From NCBI GenBank assembly GCA_964016885.1, contig OZ024741.1, positions 405,666,001-405,730,000 on the forward strand: 64,000 nt of DNA. Reading direction: 5' to 3'. The stretch is from Eledone cirrhosa (lineage: Eukaryota). Shown in pieces: positions 23,401-34,392 of the stretch. Below the pieces are notes generated by a model. It was not told where the DNA came from and searched no databases. It worked only from the letters and a program-made list of their open reading frames with translations. The translations under genes and the position numbers were made by a program. Each line of letters begins with the position of its first letter. Position 1 is the first letter of the stretch.

Positions 23401-23924
23401 TGGAATTGGCCGATTAAAGTTTTGAGGCTGTTGCACCCCGCTCTACTGGGACATGCTCCCACATAGTCCCATCGTGCATCTAGGATACCATTCCAGTCCC
23501 CCACTAAAAGTAAGGAGCGAGACGTTCCCAGAAAAGACTCTAGACGCTTAAAGAAGTCTGGCCGTGATTGCGATTGCCCGGTCGGGGCATAAACGGCCAC
23601 CAGTCTGAAGGCTCCACCTCCGATACTGTTCACGTCTAGGACTACCAGTCTACCCTCCGGGTCCAAGTGTACTTGCTGTACTCCGACGTCCAGGTTCTTC
23701 CGAAACATAACAGCCACTCCACCTCCACCTCCTGGCTGACAGAGAGATGCGTAGATCTCAAAGTCGTCGAAGATAGGGGTTAGTTGCTGCCTGTTGTGGA
23801 TTCTGGACTCGGTGATGGCTATCACATCCATACTGTGTGACCTAAGGTCGTTTAAAAGTTGGCCCTGTTTCCAGGGCATCCCTAGGCCACGCACATTCAC
23901 GGTTCCAACTCGTAAACCAGCCAT
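20478..23924 (-). CDS. ORF2 (EN-RT-CCHC) of E6, 1148 aa, intact
   Basis: VNVRGL, GDWN, YLDRF, YSDH, QGCPLS, YADD, CPRC...H...C motifs. Confidence 0.95.
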   Translation of the reverse strand: MAGLRVGTVNVRGLGMPWKQGQLLNDLRSHSMDVIAITESRIHNRQQLTPIFDDFEIYASLCQPGGGGGVAVMFRKNLDVGVQQVHLDPEGRLVVLDVNSIGGGAFRLVAVYAPTGQSQSRPDFFKRLESFLGTSRSLLLVGDWNGILDARWDYVGACPSRAGCNSLKTLIGQFQLADRYRLDFPTAPQWTWVNRSGTSRSYLDRFFIRERDKDMLSCPRMHMVAYSDHKLVVCLVNRDRIHRQGPGYWKLNVSLPARKAYSERISKLVKQQLTGAIVNNRWWYSLKKAIRIESIGYSRELALEKNRIERELVAKVEEALRSGNAARVLASRTALDQFFDAKHEGCVVRSKTRALGNEGAKAVSWARVAEAKSGNKSTIRSLKDQNGRVLLDPKQMCAAFQRHFARLFEQNDGEPNGAMDFSSYLDGLPRLSNTDAEFCERPITDTEIRDALGRCGKRKSPGLDGLPYEFYIGMPDLFSGVLEAVYCNWQQNGRIPSSAGKGVVTLIRKDENKRDEINNFRPITLLNTELKILAKVLATRLALVVENLVGKAQTCAIPTRSIHDNLHLMRYIIERVGSKPGFGGALINLDQSKAFDRVDHRYLEAVLKAAGFGPVFRGWIEAMHTSICSRVKVNGYLSEPFAITRSIRQGCPLSSILYVLTLEPLLWKLELLQGIPLQPGLRKAASAYADDVTVMVSSTSEIGVIGNILKEYETLTGAKLNPDKSVGLQLGTWRGKPMTSDSVVGRWTDGPVKLLGVWFGPDLQVEKNWNEVTAKVFALTQKWAECKLSLKGRAEVANTFIASVIYYRLTVVPCPREHLAKMERMLFQFLWKKQAPLVMRSVCCQHPSNGGLGMPWLMMRKHALRLRHLQVFLTDPQPVWAPFVRQAFPQLVSLTELQSWVKKRPKTMGAWHIECAQALTVLWQAGAAISGDSTSTFYRGIVRYKGDDVLGETLGVEDDELTSMFGRTFRPGPMDNFQRSLAWQCYRGALPVRDKIYRHGRPGRDPSKRTCPRCAQDIETVLHAIVHCPGVSDLWNYAEQLLSRMGQIQLTAESIVRIKPPDSFKNEREAVFLCTVAMVKEVIWWTRLRGLRTDAFLSGQQLIPFFKYHFRRRIRVEREALHPSKFTERWVNEAKIARVIGPSLFISL

Positions 23925-23965
23925 GTTGGTGAAGAAAAGTTGGAGAAAAAGGACGAAAGGTGCAC

Positions 23966-25755
23966 TTACCTTTTCGTTTCCTGGAGATCGGGTTGTTCAA
24001 TCTCCATTTGGGTGCTGGATGGGGTGTTGGGTGGGGTGGGGAAACCTTTCAACAGGACGCGGTTGATGGGTTTGTGGCAGGGGTTGCCCACGTCCTGTGA
24101 AAATTTAATTTTCAGGTCTTTATAGGTTTCCATAGAAACCCTTATAAGTTTAAGGTGTGGAGACGATTCTGCCTTGACGAAAGTTTTGCCCTCCGTCTCC
24201 ACCTTGGGGTTTTGGGAGATGACCTCCATCAAACTCTTGTTGTTTGTGTTGATGTATGCGTATTGTTGCTTGTGTTTTTGTTGTATTGTTTTAGTTTGTT
24301 GTTCATCTGGGAGTTTTCTTTTTATGGTGGGTGCTTGTGTTTGGGGTGGTGTTGGTGCTGGTTTTGCTGATAGGGGGGTGTTTGACTGTGGTGTTGTTTG
24401 TGTTGTTGTTTGTATCTGTGGTTGTGTGTTGGTGTTGGTGATTGGAGTTTTGGAGGTTTTGTGGTGTCTCTTTTTTGTTTTTTGGATTTCCGCGGTTCTC
24501 CCTCTTCTTCACTTAAAGAAGGAGAAGCAGCTTCATCCGTCGATGAATAATCATCGTCAGGTGTGTGGGGTAAGGGTATGTTGTGTGGTGGTGGTGGTGT
24601 TTCGGTATGTGTGTTTGTGGTAGTGTTTGATGGAGTGGGATGGAGTGGGGATGTGTTCTTCAGGGGTGTTGTCTCTGTTTTTTCTGTTGTTGTTGGTTGA
24701 GTGTCTGTTTCTTTTGGTGTGGTTGCTCGTTTCGTCTGTCGTTGTACTTGTGGTGGTGGTGGTGGTTGTTTTGGTGTTGGTGTTGGTAATAGCGTTTTTT
24801 TTATGATGTTGCTGTTGTGTGTTTGTGGACAAGAGGCTTTTAGGTGAGATGTGCTACCACAGCGAAAGCAGTGAAATGTTCGTCCTTCTACCGAAATGTT
24901 TATTTTGTTGTTATTATCAATAACGACTCTTTCGGGTATTTTGGAGATTCTCTCCGGTTTCATTTGCAACAGAATCTCCAAATCGGTGCCCGCCCACCTT
25001 TGTCGAATGGATTTTCGTATCGAAAGTATTATGTCTGTTTCTGGCTCTACGAAGCCAGCCAAGATCCACCAGATGTTAATGCTTGGAGGTATGTTTTTTA
25101 TTTTTATTTTTTGTGTCCTTTTCCCCATGTATGTAGGGAAAAAGGTGTATGCTTTTGACACTATTGGTGTCACAGCGTTTTTTTGGGCCAGTGTCTCGCT
25201 TTTAAACAGTACGGAAACACTTCCGTACTGTTTTCCTCGCTGGAGAAAATTGACATTTCCTAGAATCTCCTTGAAAGAATCTTCTATATCTGACTGATTA
25301 ACAAATGTCGGTTTTCTTGACGAATTTGACACAGTCCTAAAAGTGACTGATCGGCGGTTTGTGTCTTCCTTTATTTCAAGGGGTGAGTTCATTCTAAACC
25401 CACCTCTTTCTTCGAAAGTTACAAATTTTCTCCCTTGCTGGAGCATATCTCTTGCGTTGGAGATATCAAGATTTATAAAATCTTGTTTCTTGTTGACTGT
25501 GTCAGCAAAAGACATTTTCTTTTTTTGTGTGATGTTGTTGTTAATAATGATGTTATCGTTGTTGGAAATTTTATGTGTAGATGTATCTGTAGAGTTGTTG
25601 ATGTCTTTTTCATGTGTATGTATGTCAATGGGTTTTTTTGCCGTGTTTTCCCGTGTGTTATTGTCATTTTTCTCCGCTTCGGCGGTAGAAATTGTAACAT
25701 TTTCAAATGTTGATATATTTTTTTCTTTTGTGACAGTATCTATGGCAACGTCCAT
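23966..25755 (-). CDS. ORF1 of E6, split by a probable 1-bp homopolymer deletion near 24471-24483
   Basis: Knuckle CFRCGSTSHLKASC; adding one A in the A run gives KKRHHK (as in E5) and brings the frame into register with the 23966-24232 ORF carrying the conserved C-terminal domain; first ATG at 25755, start uncertain. Confidence 0.82.
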
Positions 25756-26048
25756 AGCAGCAGAAGCAGATATAACGTTAATATCTGCCTCTTTCTCTCT
25801 CTTTTCACTATTAACGTTCTCCAGCGTTCTAGTGTTGCTCAAGTTTTTTTTTACTTTGTAAAATTGGATATTTTAAGACAAACTTTTAAATAAAATTTTC
25901 GCCCCTACAGTGGCGAAAAATGGGATTACCACCCAGCTGACAATTCAGCTTGGGGGTTAATCTACAAAGTGTTGTATTTTTTTCAAACAATTAGATCGGT
26001 TTTTTGCATAGAAATTAACAAAAAACTTACCGGCGATATTCCACACGT

Positions 26049-26074
26049 TAGATAGAGAGATAGATAGATAGATA
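26049..26074 (+). repeat. (GATA)n junction tract E6/E7 with a GAGA variant
   Basis: tagatagagagatagatagatagata read directly. Confidence 0.92.
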
Positions 26075-26569
26075 TATTTCTTTATTAGCCACAGGGGCAC
26101 AAAAGAAGGGGACAAATACAAAGGGGGAAGTTTACATACAATAAAAACGTGTAAAATGTTATCACAGATGGAATTTAAAAGTTAGTCGATTTTCCCCAAT
26201 AGAGGGAGACAGTTTATATGGGTAACACAGACCCCCGAAAAAAATGTGCAACCCTCATCTCCAGGAGTACGAAGAGCTTGTACTCCTTTCCTCTCCTCCT
26301 CCTTTTCCTCAACCTACAGGCTGATATAGAGAGAAGGCCCATTCACTCGGGCCATTCTCGCCACTTTCACCCACCTTTCATAAAACTTGCTGGGGTACAG
26401 CACCTCTCTCTCCATCCTGATTCTTCTTCCAAAGTGGTATTTGAAAAAAAGAATCAGTTGTCGGCCGGAGAGAAAGGTGTCTGACCTCAGCCCTTTCAAC
26501 CTTGTCCACCATACAACCTCTTTCGCCATAGCTATCCCACAAAGGAAAACCGCCTCTCCTTCGTTTTTA
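26075..26569 (-). mobile_element. Severely 5'-truncated (~0.5 kb) subfamily B copy E7
   Basis: Near-identical to E5 14383-14877 (3'UTR plus the last ~80 ORF2 codons), flanked by GATA tracts. Confidence 0.94.
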
Positions 26570-26596
26570 ATAGATAGATAGATAGATAGATAGATA
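26570..26596 (+). repeat. (GATA)n junction tract E7/E8
   Basis: atagatagatagatagatagatagata read directly. Confidence 0.95.
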
Positions 26597-29500
26597 TGTT
26601 TCTTTTATTTGCCACCAGGGCATCAAAAGTGGGACAAGTACAATGGGGGGAGTTTACAAAACAAGGCGTCCTCAATAAGGAGGAGGCAATAACAATATAT
26701 AAAAATAAAATAAAATATAACAAAATATAAAATTTATAACAAAGTCCTCAATAGAGAGGAGGCGCCTTGGGGGGTCGCACACACCCCCGAAAACAGTGTG
26801 CAACCCTTCTCCTCAGGAGCACAGAGAAGGGATGCTCCCTTGGTCTTTCCTCTTCCTCACCTATAGTCTGATGTAGAGTGAAGGCGCATTCACACGGGCC
26901 ATTCTCGCCACTTTCACCCATCTTTCATAGAAACGGCTGGGGTGCAGCACCTCTCTCTCCATCCTGATCCTTCTTCCGAAATGATATCGGAAGAAACAGA
27001 CCAGTTGTTGGCCAGAGAGAAAGGTGTCTGACCTCAGTCCTTTCAGACGCGTCCACCATACAACCTCTTTCGCCATGGCTATTACGCATAGAAACACCGC
27101 CTCTCCTTCGTTTTTGAAGAGGGGAGGCGGCTTGATCATTACAATAGACTCGGTGGTCAACCGGATCGGTCCCACCCTTGACAGCAGTTGTTCGACATAG
27201 CCCCACAGATCGGCAATGCCGGAGCAGTGTACCAATGCGTGCGCAACGGTTTCCTCGTCGCACACGCATCTGGGACAGATCTTTTTCGATGGGTCTCTAC
27301 CCGGGCGCCCGTGTCTGTAGAGCCTTTCTCGAACGGGCAGAGCCCTTCTGTAGCATTGCCAGGCCAGGGACCTCTGGAAGTAATCCATGGGTCCCGGGCT
27401 GAATGTCCTACCGAACAGGTTGGCCAGTACGTCTTCCTCCATGCCTAGGGTTTCTCCGAGGGCGTCGTCGCACCTGCTAACCACCAGCCCTCTATAGAAT
27501 GACGAGGTGGATTCTACACTGACAGCCGGGTCCGCCTGCCAGAGAGCCGTGAGCGCCTGGGCACACTCGGTGTGCCAGGCGCCCAGTTTTCTCGGTCTTT
27601 GCTTGACCCAGGATTGCAGCTCGGTGAGTGAGACGAGTCTGGGAACGGCTCGCCTCACAAACGGGGCCCACACCGGTTGACCGGAGAGGAATACCTGAAG
27701 GTGCCGTAGCCTTAATGCGTGTTTACGTATCATTAGCCACGGCATCCCCAGCCCTCCTTTCGGGATGCCCTGCAACAACTCCAACTTCCGCAGCAGTGGC
27801 TCTAGAGTCATTACATACAGAAGGGAGGAGAGAGGGCACCCCTGTCGGATGGACCGCGCGATTTCGAACGGCTCCGAGAGGTAGCCGTTCACCTTGACCC
27901 TAGAGCAGATGCGGCTGCTGTGCATGTCATTGATCCAGCCCCTGAAAACGGGTCCGAAGCCTGCCGCCGCTAGCACCGCATCCAAGTAACCATGGTCGAC
28001 CCTATCGAATGCCTTAGATTGATCCAAGTTGATCAGGGCCCCACCAAAGCCGTGTTCGTTCCCAACCCTGTCTATGATGTATCGCATGAGGTGGAGGTTA
28101 TCGTGGATGGACCTGGACGGGATAGCACATGTCTGCGCATCTCCCACCAGGTTGCCCACGACAAGCGCCAACCTCTTCGCTAGCACCTTGGCCAAAATCT
28201 GTAACTCTGTATTTAGCAGAGTTATGGGCCTGAAATTATTTATATCGCCCCCCTTGTTCTCGTCCTTCCTCACTAGCGTGACTACGCCCTTGGTCACAGC
28301 ACAGGGAATTCTCCCGTTCTGTTGCCAGTTGCAGTAGACCGCCTCGAGGAGATCGGGGAAAATGTCCGGCATAGCTAGATATAGTTCGTATGGAAGACCA
28401 TCGAGACCCGGGGATTTGCGTTTGCCGCATTGGCTCAGCACGTCCTCTATCTCAGCGGCTGAAATCGGCTCCTCGCAGGACTTCGCCTCCCTGTCCGAGA
28501 GATGCGGCAGGCCGTCGAGGTATGGACCGAAGTCCACGTCCCCAACCGGCGCCCCGCCCCTTCCGAACAATCCGGCAAAGTGCTTTTGAAAAGCCTCTCA
28601 CATCTGCTTAGGTTCAAGGATCACCCGTCCATCCTGGTCTCGCAAAGACCGGATAGTGGATCTGCTCCCTCTTTTGGCTTCTGTCACGCGGGCCCAGCTA
28701 AGAGCTTTGGTCCCCTCGTTTCCCAGAGCACGTATTTTGCTTCGGACGATGCAGCCTTCGTGTTTCGCGTCGAAGAACTGGCCCAGGGCCGTTCTCGACG
28801 CTAGCACTCTGGCCACGTCGCCGCTTCTAATTGCCTCTTCTACACTATCTACCAACTCCCTTTCCTTCCTATTTCTATTGGAGGCTAACTCCTTACTAAA
28901 TTCTATAGAGACTACTCTAATCTCTCTTTTGAGAGATCCCCACCACCTGCTGTTGACGATGGCGCCCGTCAAACGCTCCTTAACTAAAGTGCTAATCAGG
29001 TCCCTGTAAGCCTTACTTGCCGGTAAGGACAAGTTGAGCTTCCAGTAACCGGGTCCCTGTCTATGAGTTCTGTCAAGGTTGACCATGCAGGTCACTAATT
29101 TGTGGTCTGAATAGCCAACCATGCGCATTTTTGGACAACTTAAAACGTCCTTATCCTTAATTATAACTAAGAACCTATCTAGGTACGACCTAGATGATCT
29201 GCTACGATTTGCCCAAGTCCAGGTTGGCGCAGTCGGAAAATCTAGTCGATATCTATCGGCCAGGTCAAATCCACCGATTAACCCTTTGAGGCTATTACAC
29301 CCCTCTCTATCGGGACAGGCCCTACGTAGTCCCAGCGTGCATCTAGGATACCATTCCAGTCCCCCACTAATAACAAGGAGCGGGACGTCCCTAGAAATGT
29401 CTCCAGACGATGGAAGAAATCCGGCCGCATTGACCCGAAAGGGCCGTAGGCGGCTACCAACCTAAACGCTCCGCCTTTACCACTGCCAAGGTCCAGAACC

Positions 29501-29906
29501 ACTAGTCGACCCTCCGGGTCCAAATGTACCATCTGTGTTGCGAGACCCAGATGTTTTTGCAGCAGAACGACAACTCCACCCCCACCTCCGGGCTGACAGA
29601 GAGATGCGTGCATCTCAAAGTCATGAAAGGTGGGGGCCAGCTGTCGCACGTTGCTGATCCGGGCCTCGCAAATAACCATCACATCTATACGTTATGACCT
29701 GAGGTCATTTAGAAGCATTGCTTGCTTCCAAGTTGAGCCCAGGCCACGCGCATTTAAACAGCATACTCTTAGCATAGCCATGTTGGTGGTGAAGAGAAAA
29801 GGCACTTACCTCTCTGCGTCCCGGGTATCGGGCTACACAATTTCCATTAGGGTGGGGGATGGATTGTTGGGTGGGGTGGTGGTTTGTGGAAGTGTAGGGG
29901 CATCAG
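26597..29906 (-). mobile_element. Tx1/L1-type copy E8 (subfamily A), 5'-truncated in the ORF1 C-terminus, defective
   Basis: Colinear with E4; in-frame deletion of ~516 bp at ~27761 removes YADD (LQGIP|KGGLG); TGA at 28598-28600; frameshift near 29320. Confidence 0.93.
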
Positions 29907-29924
29907 TAGATAGATAGATAGATA
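29907..29924 (+). repeat. (GATA)n tract marking the outer boundary of the retrotransposon array
   Basis: tagatagatagatagata followed by unrelated AT-rich DNA. Confidence 0.92.
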
Positions 29925-30293
29925 TATGGGGTGGGTTTATGTAGTTATTGTGTTTTCGTTGGCAGTAAAAGTTCTTTAAATTATAATAAATATTTAATGT
30001 AGAAATGGATTCTGCAGGACTAGAACTGTTTCATTCGGGAGAAATCACCAGGAAGCCACATATACTAAATATATATATATAATCAAATTAAACAAAAATA
30101 AAAAAGGCTTGTTTGCATAATTGCAAACGAATACACACAGACATATATATATATATATATATATAAAGTTATATTTAAAATTGTTGGGTTACAACTAGTA
30201 AATATTTATAACTGATATAAAAGCACTCGACAAATATTTGGAGTATATTTACAATATTAAATAAATGGAAAACTATATTTATAAAACCATATT

Positions 30294-30359
30294 TATTTCA
30301 TTATATATATTTCGGGGATATCATATTAACAATATGCTATGCCTTCATCAGACAAAATA
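30294..30359 (-). ncRNA. Type I hammerhead ribozyme motif (left arm copy)
   Basis: Reverse complement of the 32020-32085 motif. Confidence 0.65.
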
Positions 30360-30728
30360 CAATATAAACAGTTTTATAGATAAATATATTCAACATACCG
30401 TAATAAACATCAACTTCATTTGAAGAGGTTTACGCTAGCAGTGAAAATACAGAGAGAAAGAAAGAGAGAGAGAAAAGAGGGAAATAAGAAAGAAAGAAAG
30501 ACAAAACAAAGAAAAGGAAGAAAAAGAAGAAAAAGAAAAAAGAAAAAGAAGAAATGCATGGGACAAAATAGAGAGATGGAAAAATAGATAAAGCGAAGAG
30601 CTTCATGTAAAGAGACAGAAAGAGATATATATATAGAGAGAGAGAGAGGAAATAGAGATAGATACATATATATATATAGAAAATTAGGTAGTGGGAGGTC
30701 ATTTTGAGTAAGTGTATCAATGATGCAT

Positions 30729-30763
<35 letters not shown>

Positions 30764-31445
30764 GCTCAAGTATTAATGTAAGGGAGATATATAGAGAGAT
30801 ATAGAGAGAGAAAAATTTAAAAATAGCCAGACATATTCGAGGCGTAGAGAACCCTATGTTTTAATGTATTAGTATTTATAAAACTTACACTATATTGTAA
30901 ATATCAGTATTCCTGAATGAAACAAGTATTCACAATGCGTGAAAATTCATTATCTTATGTTTAGTTTTTAAAAAATTCATATGTCTATGTGACAGCTACA
31001 AACATCAATGTGAATCCAACTGATTCACTCCGCAAATTCTAAGTTACCGGAAAACATTCTCAATGTGGTATAAAAATTTGAGCGTATTATTATTCTTGCG
31101 ATTACTCTACAAGATTATCTATCAAGCAGAAATAGAGAGCAGATTTCAATATACTAATCGAAAATATATATTATATTATAAACAAAGATAACAATAATAA
31201 TGATAATAAGTAAAAATATATAAAAATATAGAATATAGAATAGAAAACTAAAAAAAAAATATTACGAAAGAATATTACATAATAAAAATATTGCATATTA
31301 AAAATACTACGTATTAAAAATATTACGTATTAAAAATTTACATATAAAAATATTAAAAATAAAAATTTACATATAAAAATATTAAAAATAAAAATAAAAT
31401 AAAATAAAAAATAAAAATATTATAGAATACTACAATACTAAAAGA

Positions 31446-31540
31446 ATAAAAATAAAAATAAAAATAAAAATAAAAATAAAAATAAAAATAAAAATAAAAA
31501 TAAAAATAAAAATAAAAATAAAAATGAAAATAAAAATAAA
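31446..31540 (+). repeat. (TAAAAA)n hexamer microsatellite
   Basis: ~15 units read directly. Confidence 0.9.
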
Positions 31541-32019
31541 CCACAAAGAACAACCCTTCAAAGTTAATTGACAATATATTGCCAAGTTCATTACAAGACA
31601 AAGCCAAAAATTATCTATCAAATCACATCTAGCAAGGAATATCGCAAAAAAAGATTATGATGTCCAATAATGTCTACATATGCTCCTATATTTAATATAT
31701 AAGTTTATCTAGTGTAAGGTTAATTCAAAAAATTTGGAGCATCGGCTTTTAGGGTAGCTTAATTTTTCATGAGGAATGTTTAGATAAAAATAAAAATAAA
31801 TAAAATAAAATAAACAATAAAAAGAGTAAAAAGAGGGAATCAAAGAATTAGGAATTTTCTTCCTTTTCTTTGTTTTGTCTTTCTTTCTTTCTTATTTCCC
31901 TCTTTTCTCTCTCTCTTTCTTTCTCTCTGTATTTTCACTGCTAGCGTAAACCTCTTCAAATGAAGTTGATGTTTATTACGGTATGTTGAATATATTTATC
32001 TATAAAACTGTTTATATTG

Positions 32020-32085
32020 TATTTTGTCTGATGAAGGCATAGCATATTGTTAATATGATATCCCCGAAATATATATAATGAAATA
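32020..32085 (+). ncRNA. Type I hammerhead ribozyme motif
   Basis: UAUUUUGU (helix I) CUGAUGA [helix II with CAUAUU/AAUAUG] GAAA UAUAUA UA^ AUGAAAUA (helix I, two G-U pairs). Confidence 0.65.
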
Positions 32086-32123
32086 AATATGGTTTTATAA
32101 ATATAGTTTTCCATTTATTTAAT

Positions 32124-32184
<61 letters not shown>

Positions 32185-32190
32185 GGGGGG

Positions 32191-32226
32191 TCTTAACGTT
32201 TCAGACGCTAGTCCTTCATCAGAAGA
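32191..32226 (-). ncRNA. Minimal type I hammerhead ribozyme motif (Penelope-like)
   Basis: UCUU CUGAUGA A GGAC UAGC GUCU GAA ACGU U^ AAGA: complete core with a palindromic helix III. Confidence 0.62.
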
Positions 32227-33240
32227 AAGAATGAGAAATACAATAGATTGAGGAGACGGGAGGGTTTGAATTGGAAAAAATGTCTTTAGATAAAAATAAC
32301 AGGTCCATTCATGTTGACATCTCTTGCAAAATGTATATAGGTATATATTGGAAAATGTGTGAGACTCTCAATACAGTTAGGTATATTTGAACAAAAAGAA
32401 AAAAGTAACTTCACTTGTAGTTCAAAACAATTTGATTTAATCTTATAATATCATAATATTATGAGTTGGTAGATCTAGTTGTTTGTTAACTTCAGTGGGA
32501 AGATTTTAAAGATTCCTGGTTAACTTTCCTGGAGAACTTTCTCTCATTCGTCGGTGGCGATTGTCAAACTGAGATCAGGTTGTGTTGTGATGTGTGACTC
32601 TATATATAAGAGAGATTTGGATGTGTCTGGGGTGTGGGGCGGGGTGTTAATGAGTGTGGGAGTGAAGGAGTGTTGATGAAGATTTAAAGGAATTAAAGCA
32701 TACACACACGGGATTTTACCTATCTCTACACCCACTCTGCATTTTCCCATGCATTGAGTACTCCCACGATTAGCGGTCTCCCCGGCTGATAATAAAGCTA
32801 CTCAATACATTGATAGAGTGCTGCTATCTCTATTGCATATAGAAAGGACGCCTACAGGACAAGAAGTGTTTCATTCGTATTGATGATTTCATACGAATGA
32901 AACAGTTTTAGTCCTGTAGAAATAATTTCTATACACACACACTCACACACACAAATATATATATATATATTTGTGTGCGTGTGTATACTCTGTGTATGTA
33001 TACGTGCTGTTAAACCCCTGGGGGTGAGGGATCCCTAGTCTTTGTCAGAGCATTCTTCTAGGAGAAGGCAACTCAGAAAACTGGGATAACTCAGTAGTCA
33101 CCGATGATGTTGATCTTTTCTACCTTTCGGGTTATAGCTACTGTTGCCCAGAGAGTGGGACTGGCTCAGTGCACAGTCTTTCCTCACTTTAAAAAAAATC
33201 TTCACGCACAGGCATTGCACGATAGCATTAAGAAAGGGCC

Positions 33241-33411
33241 GTGGATTGGCAGTATCGGTAGAGGGTCGAACGCCATGCTTTCCAGCATAGTTATGTCCCT
33301 TTACGATCTGAGTTCAAATCCCGCCGAGGTTGACTTAGCCTTTCATCCTTATGGGGTCGATTAAATAAAGGACCAGTAATGCACTGGATAATTGCTGGCC
33401 TTGTGCCAAAA
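33241..33411 (+). mobile_element. tRNA-derived SINE, family 1
   Basis: A-box-like TGGCAGTATCGG, B-box GAGTTCAAATCC, shared body GCCTTTCATCCTT..GGGGTCGAT..AAATAAAG.ACCAGT; more than 10 related copies in the window. Confidence 0.8.
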
Positions 33412-33697
33412 TGTTATATCGTGCAATGGCCATACTCGATAACGAGGGGGCAGCCATCATATATATATGTATGTATGTATATATATATAATAAGAAGAAT
33501 ATATATTGTATATAGTTTAAATGGTGAACGGTGTTGTGTCATGTATATTGACATGCATAAACGCAATAGTTATCATTGGTCTCAAAGTAGGCGAAGGTAA
33601 GGCTATGCTATCTTTCTAAGCTACATTTGATTGCAAAGTGTTAACATTCCGTCGTTGTAACGGCAGCTTTCTGAAATTCATGTTTCACTTTCTTGTC

Positions 33698-33699
<2 letters not shown>

Positions 33700-33761
<62 letters not shown>

Positions 33762-33781
33762 ACATATTTATATATATGTAT

Positions 33782-33820
<39 letters not shown>

Positions 33821-33864
33821 TGTATGCATGTATATATATATGTATATATATATATGTATGTATA

Positions 33865-33904
<40 letters not shown>

Positions 33905-33905
33905 T

Positions 33906-33937
<32 letters not shown>

Positions 33938-33944
33938 GTATATA

Positions 33945-33977
<33 letters not shown>
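33700..33977 (+). repeat. (TA)n/(TATG) compound microsatellite
   Basis: Read directly. Confidence 0.95.
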
Positions 33978-34240
33978 GTGAAGGCGCATGGCTTAGTGGT
34001 TTGGGCATTAGACTTGCAATTGTGAGTTCAATTCTTGGACCGGGTGATGTGTTGTTTCCTTGAGCAAGACACTTTATTTCACGTTGCTCCAGTTTACTCA
34101 GCTGAAAATGAGTACCAGCAATAGCTGGAGGTTTAACCCTGCAATGGACTGGCGTCCTATCCAGGGGGGGGGGGAGTCTTCTACTCTCAGTCGCTTCACG
34201 CCATGAAACCGGGATAAGCATCGGCCAAATGAGCCTTCTG
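33978..34240 (+). mobile_element. tRNA-derived SINE, family 2
   Basis: A-box TGGCTTAGTGG, B-box-like GAGTTCAATTC, CCTTGAGCAAGACACTT body; a related minus-strand fragment lies at ~41960-42040. Confidence 0.7.
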
Positions 34241-34334
34241 ACTTAAGACATATTTTAGACTTTTATATATATATATATATATATATACTATATGTATATA
34301 ACATATATATGCATATAACAGTATATACATATTC

Positions 34335-34392
<58 letters not shown>

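Larger units (their letters stand above)
20245..26048 (-). mobile_element. Full-length Tx1/L1-type retrotransposon E6 (subfamily C, ~5.8 kb)
   Basis: 5'UTR, ORF1 (one frameshift), intact ORF2, 3'UTR with AATAAA; GATA tracts on both sides. Confidence 0.96.
30250..32129. repeat. ~275-bp apparently perfect inverted repeat (arms 30250-30524 and 31855-32129) carrying a hammerhead motif; Penelope-like pLTR arrangement
   Basis: Arms read as reverse complements of each other; ~1.33-kb AT-rich spacer. Confidence 0.88.

Noticed and set aside
340-29917. Many recurring plus-strand ORFs (e.g. MIRAPPKPG..., MFATSARPF...)
   Set aside because: Antisense shadows of the GC-rich ORF2 and low-complexity ORF1; they recur only because the element is repeated.
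1-29924. HeT-A/TART-like telomere-elongating retrotransposon array
   Set aside because: Such arrays point their 5' ends toward the chromosome terminus and join through oligo(A). Here the 5' side ends in a GATA tract followed by ordinary internal DNA, and the junctions are GATA.
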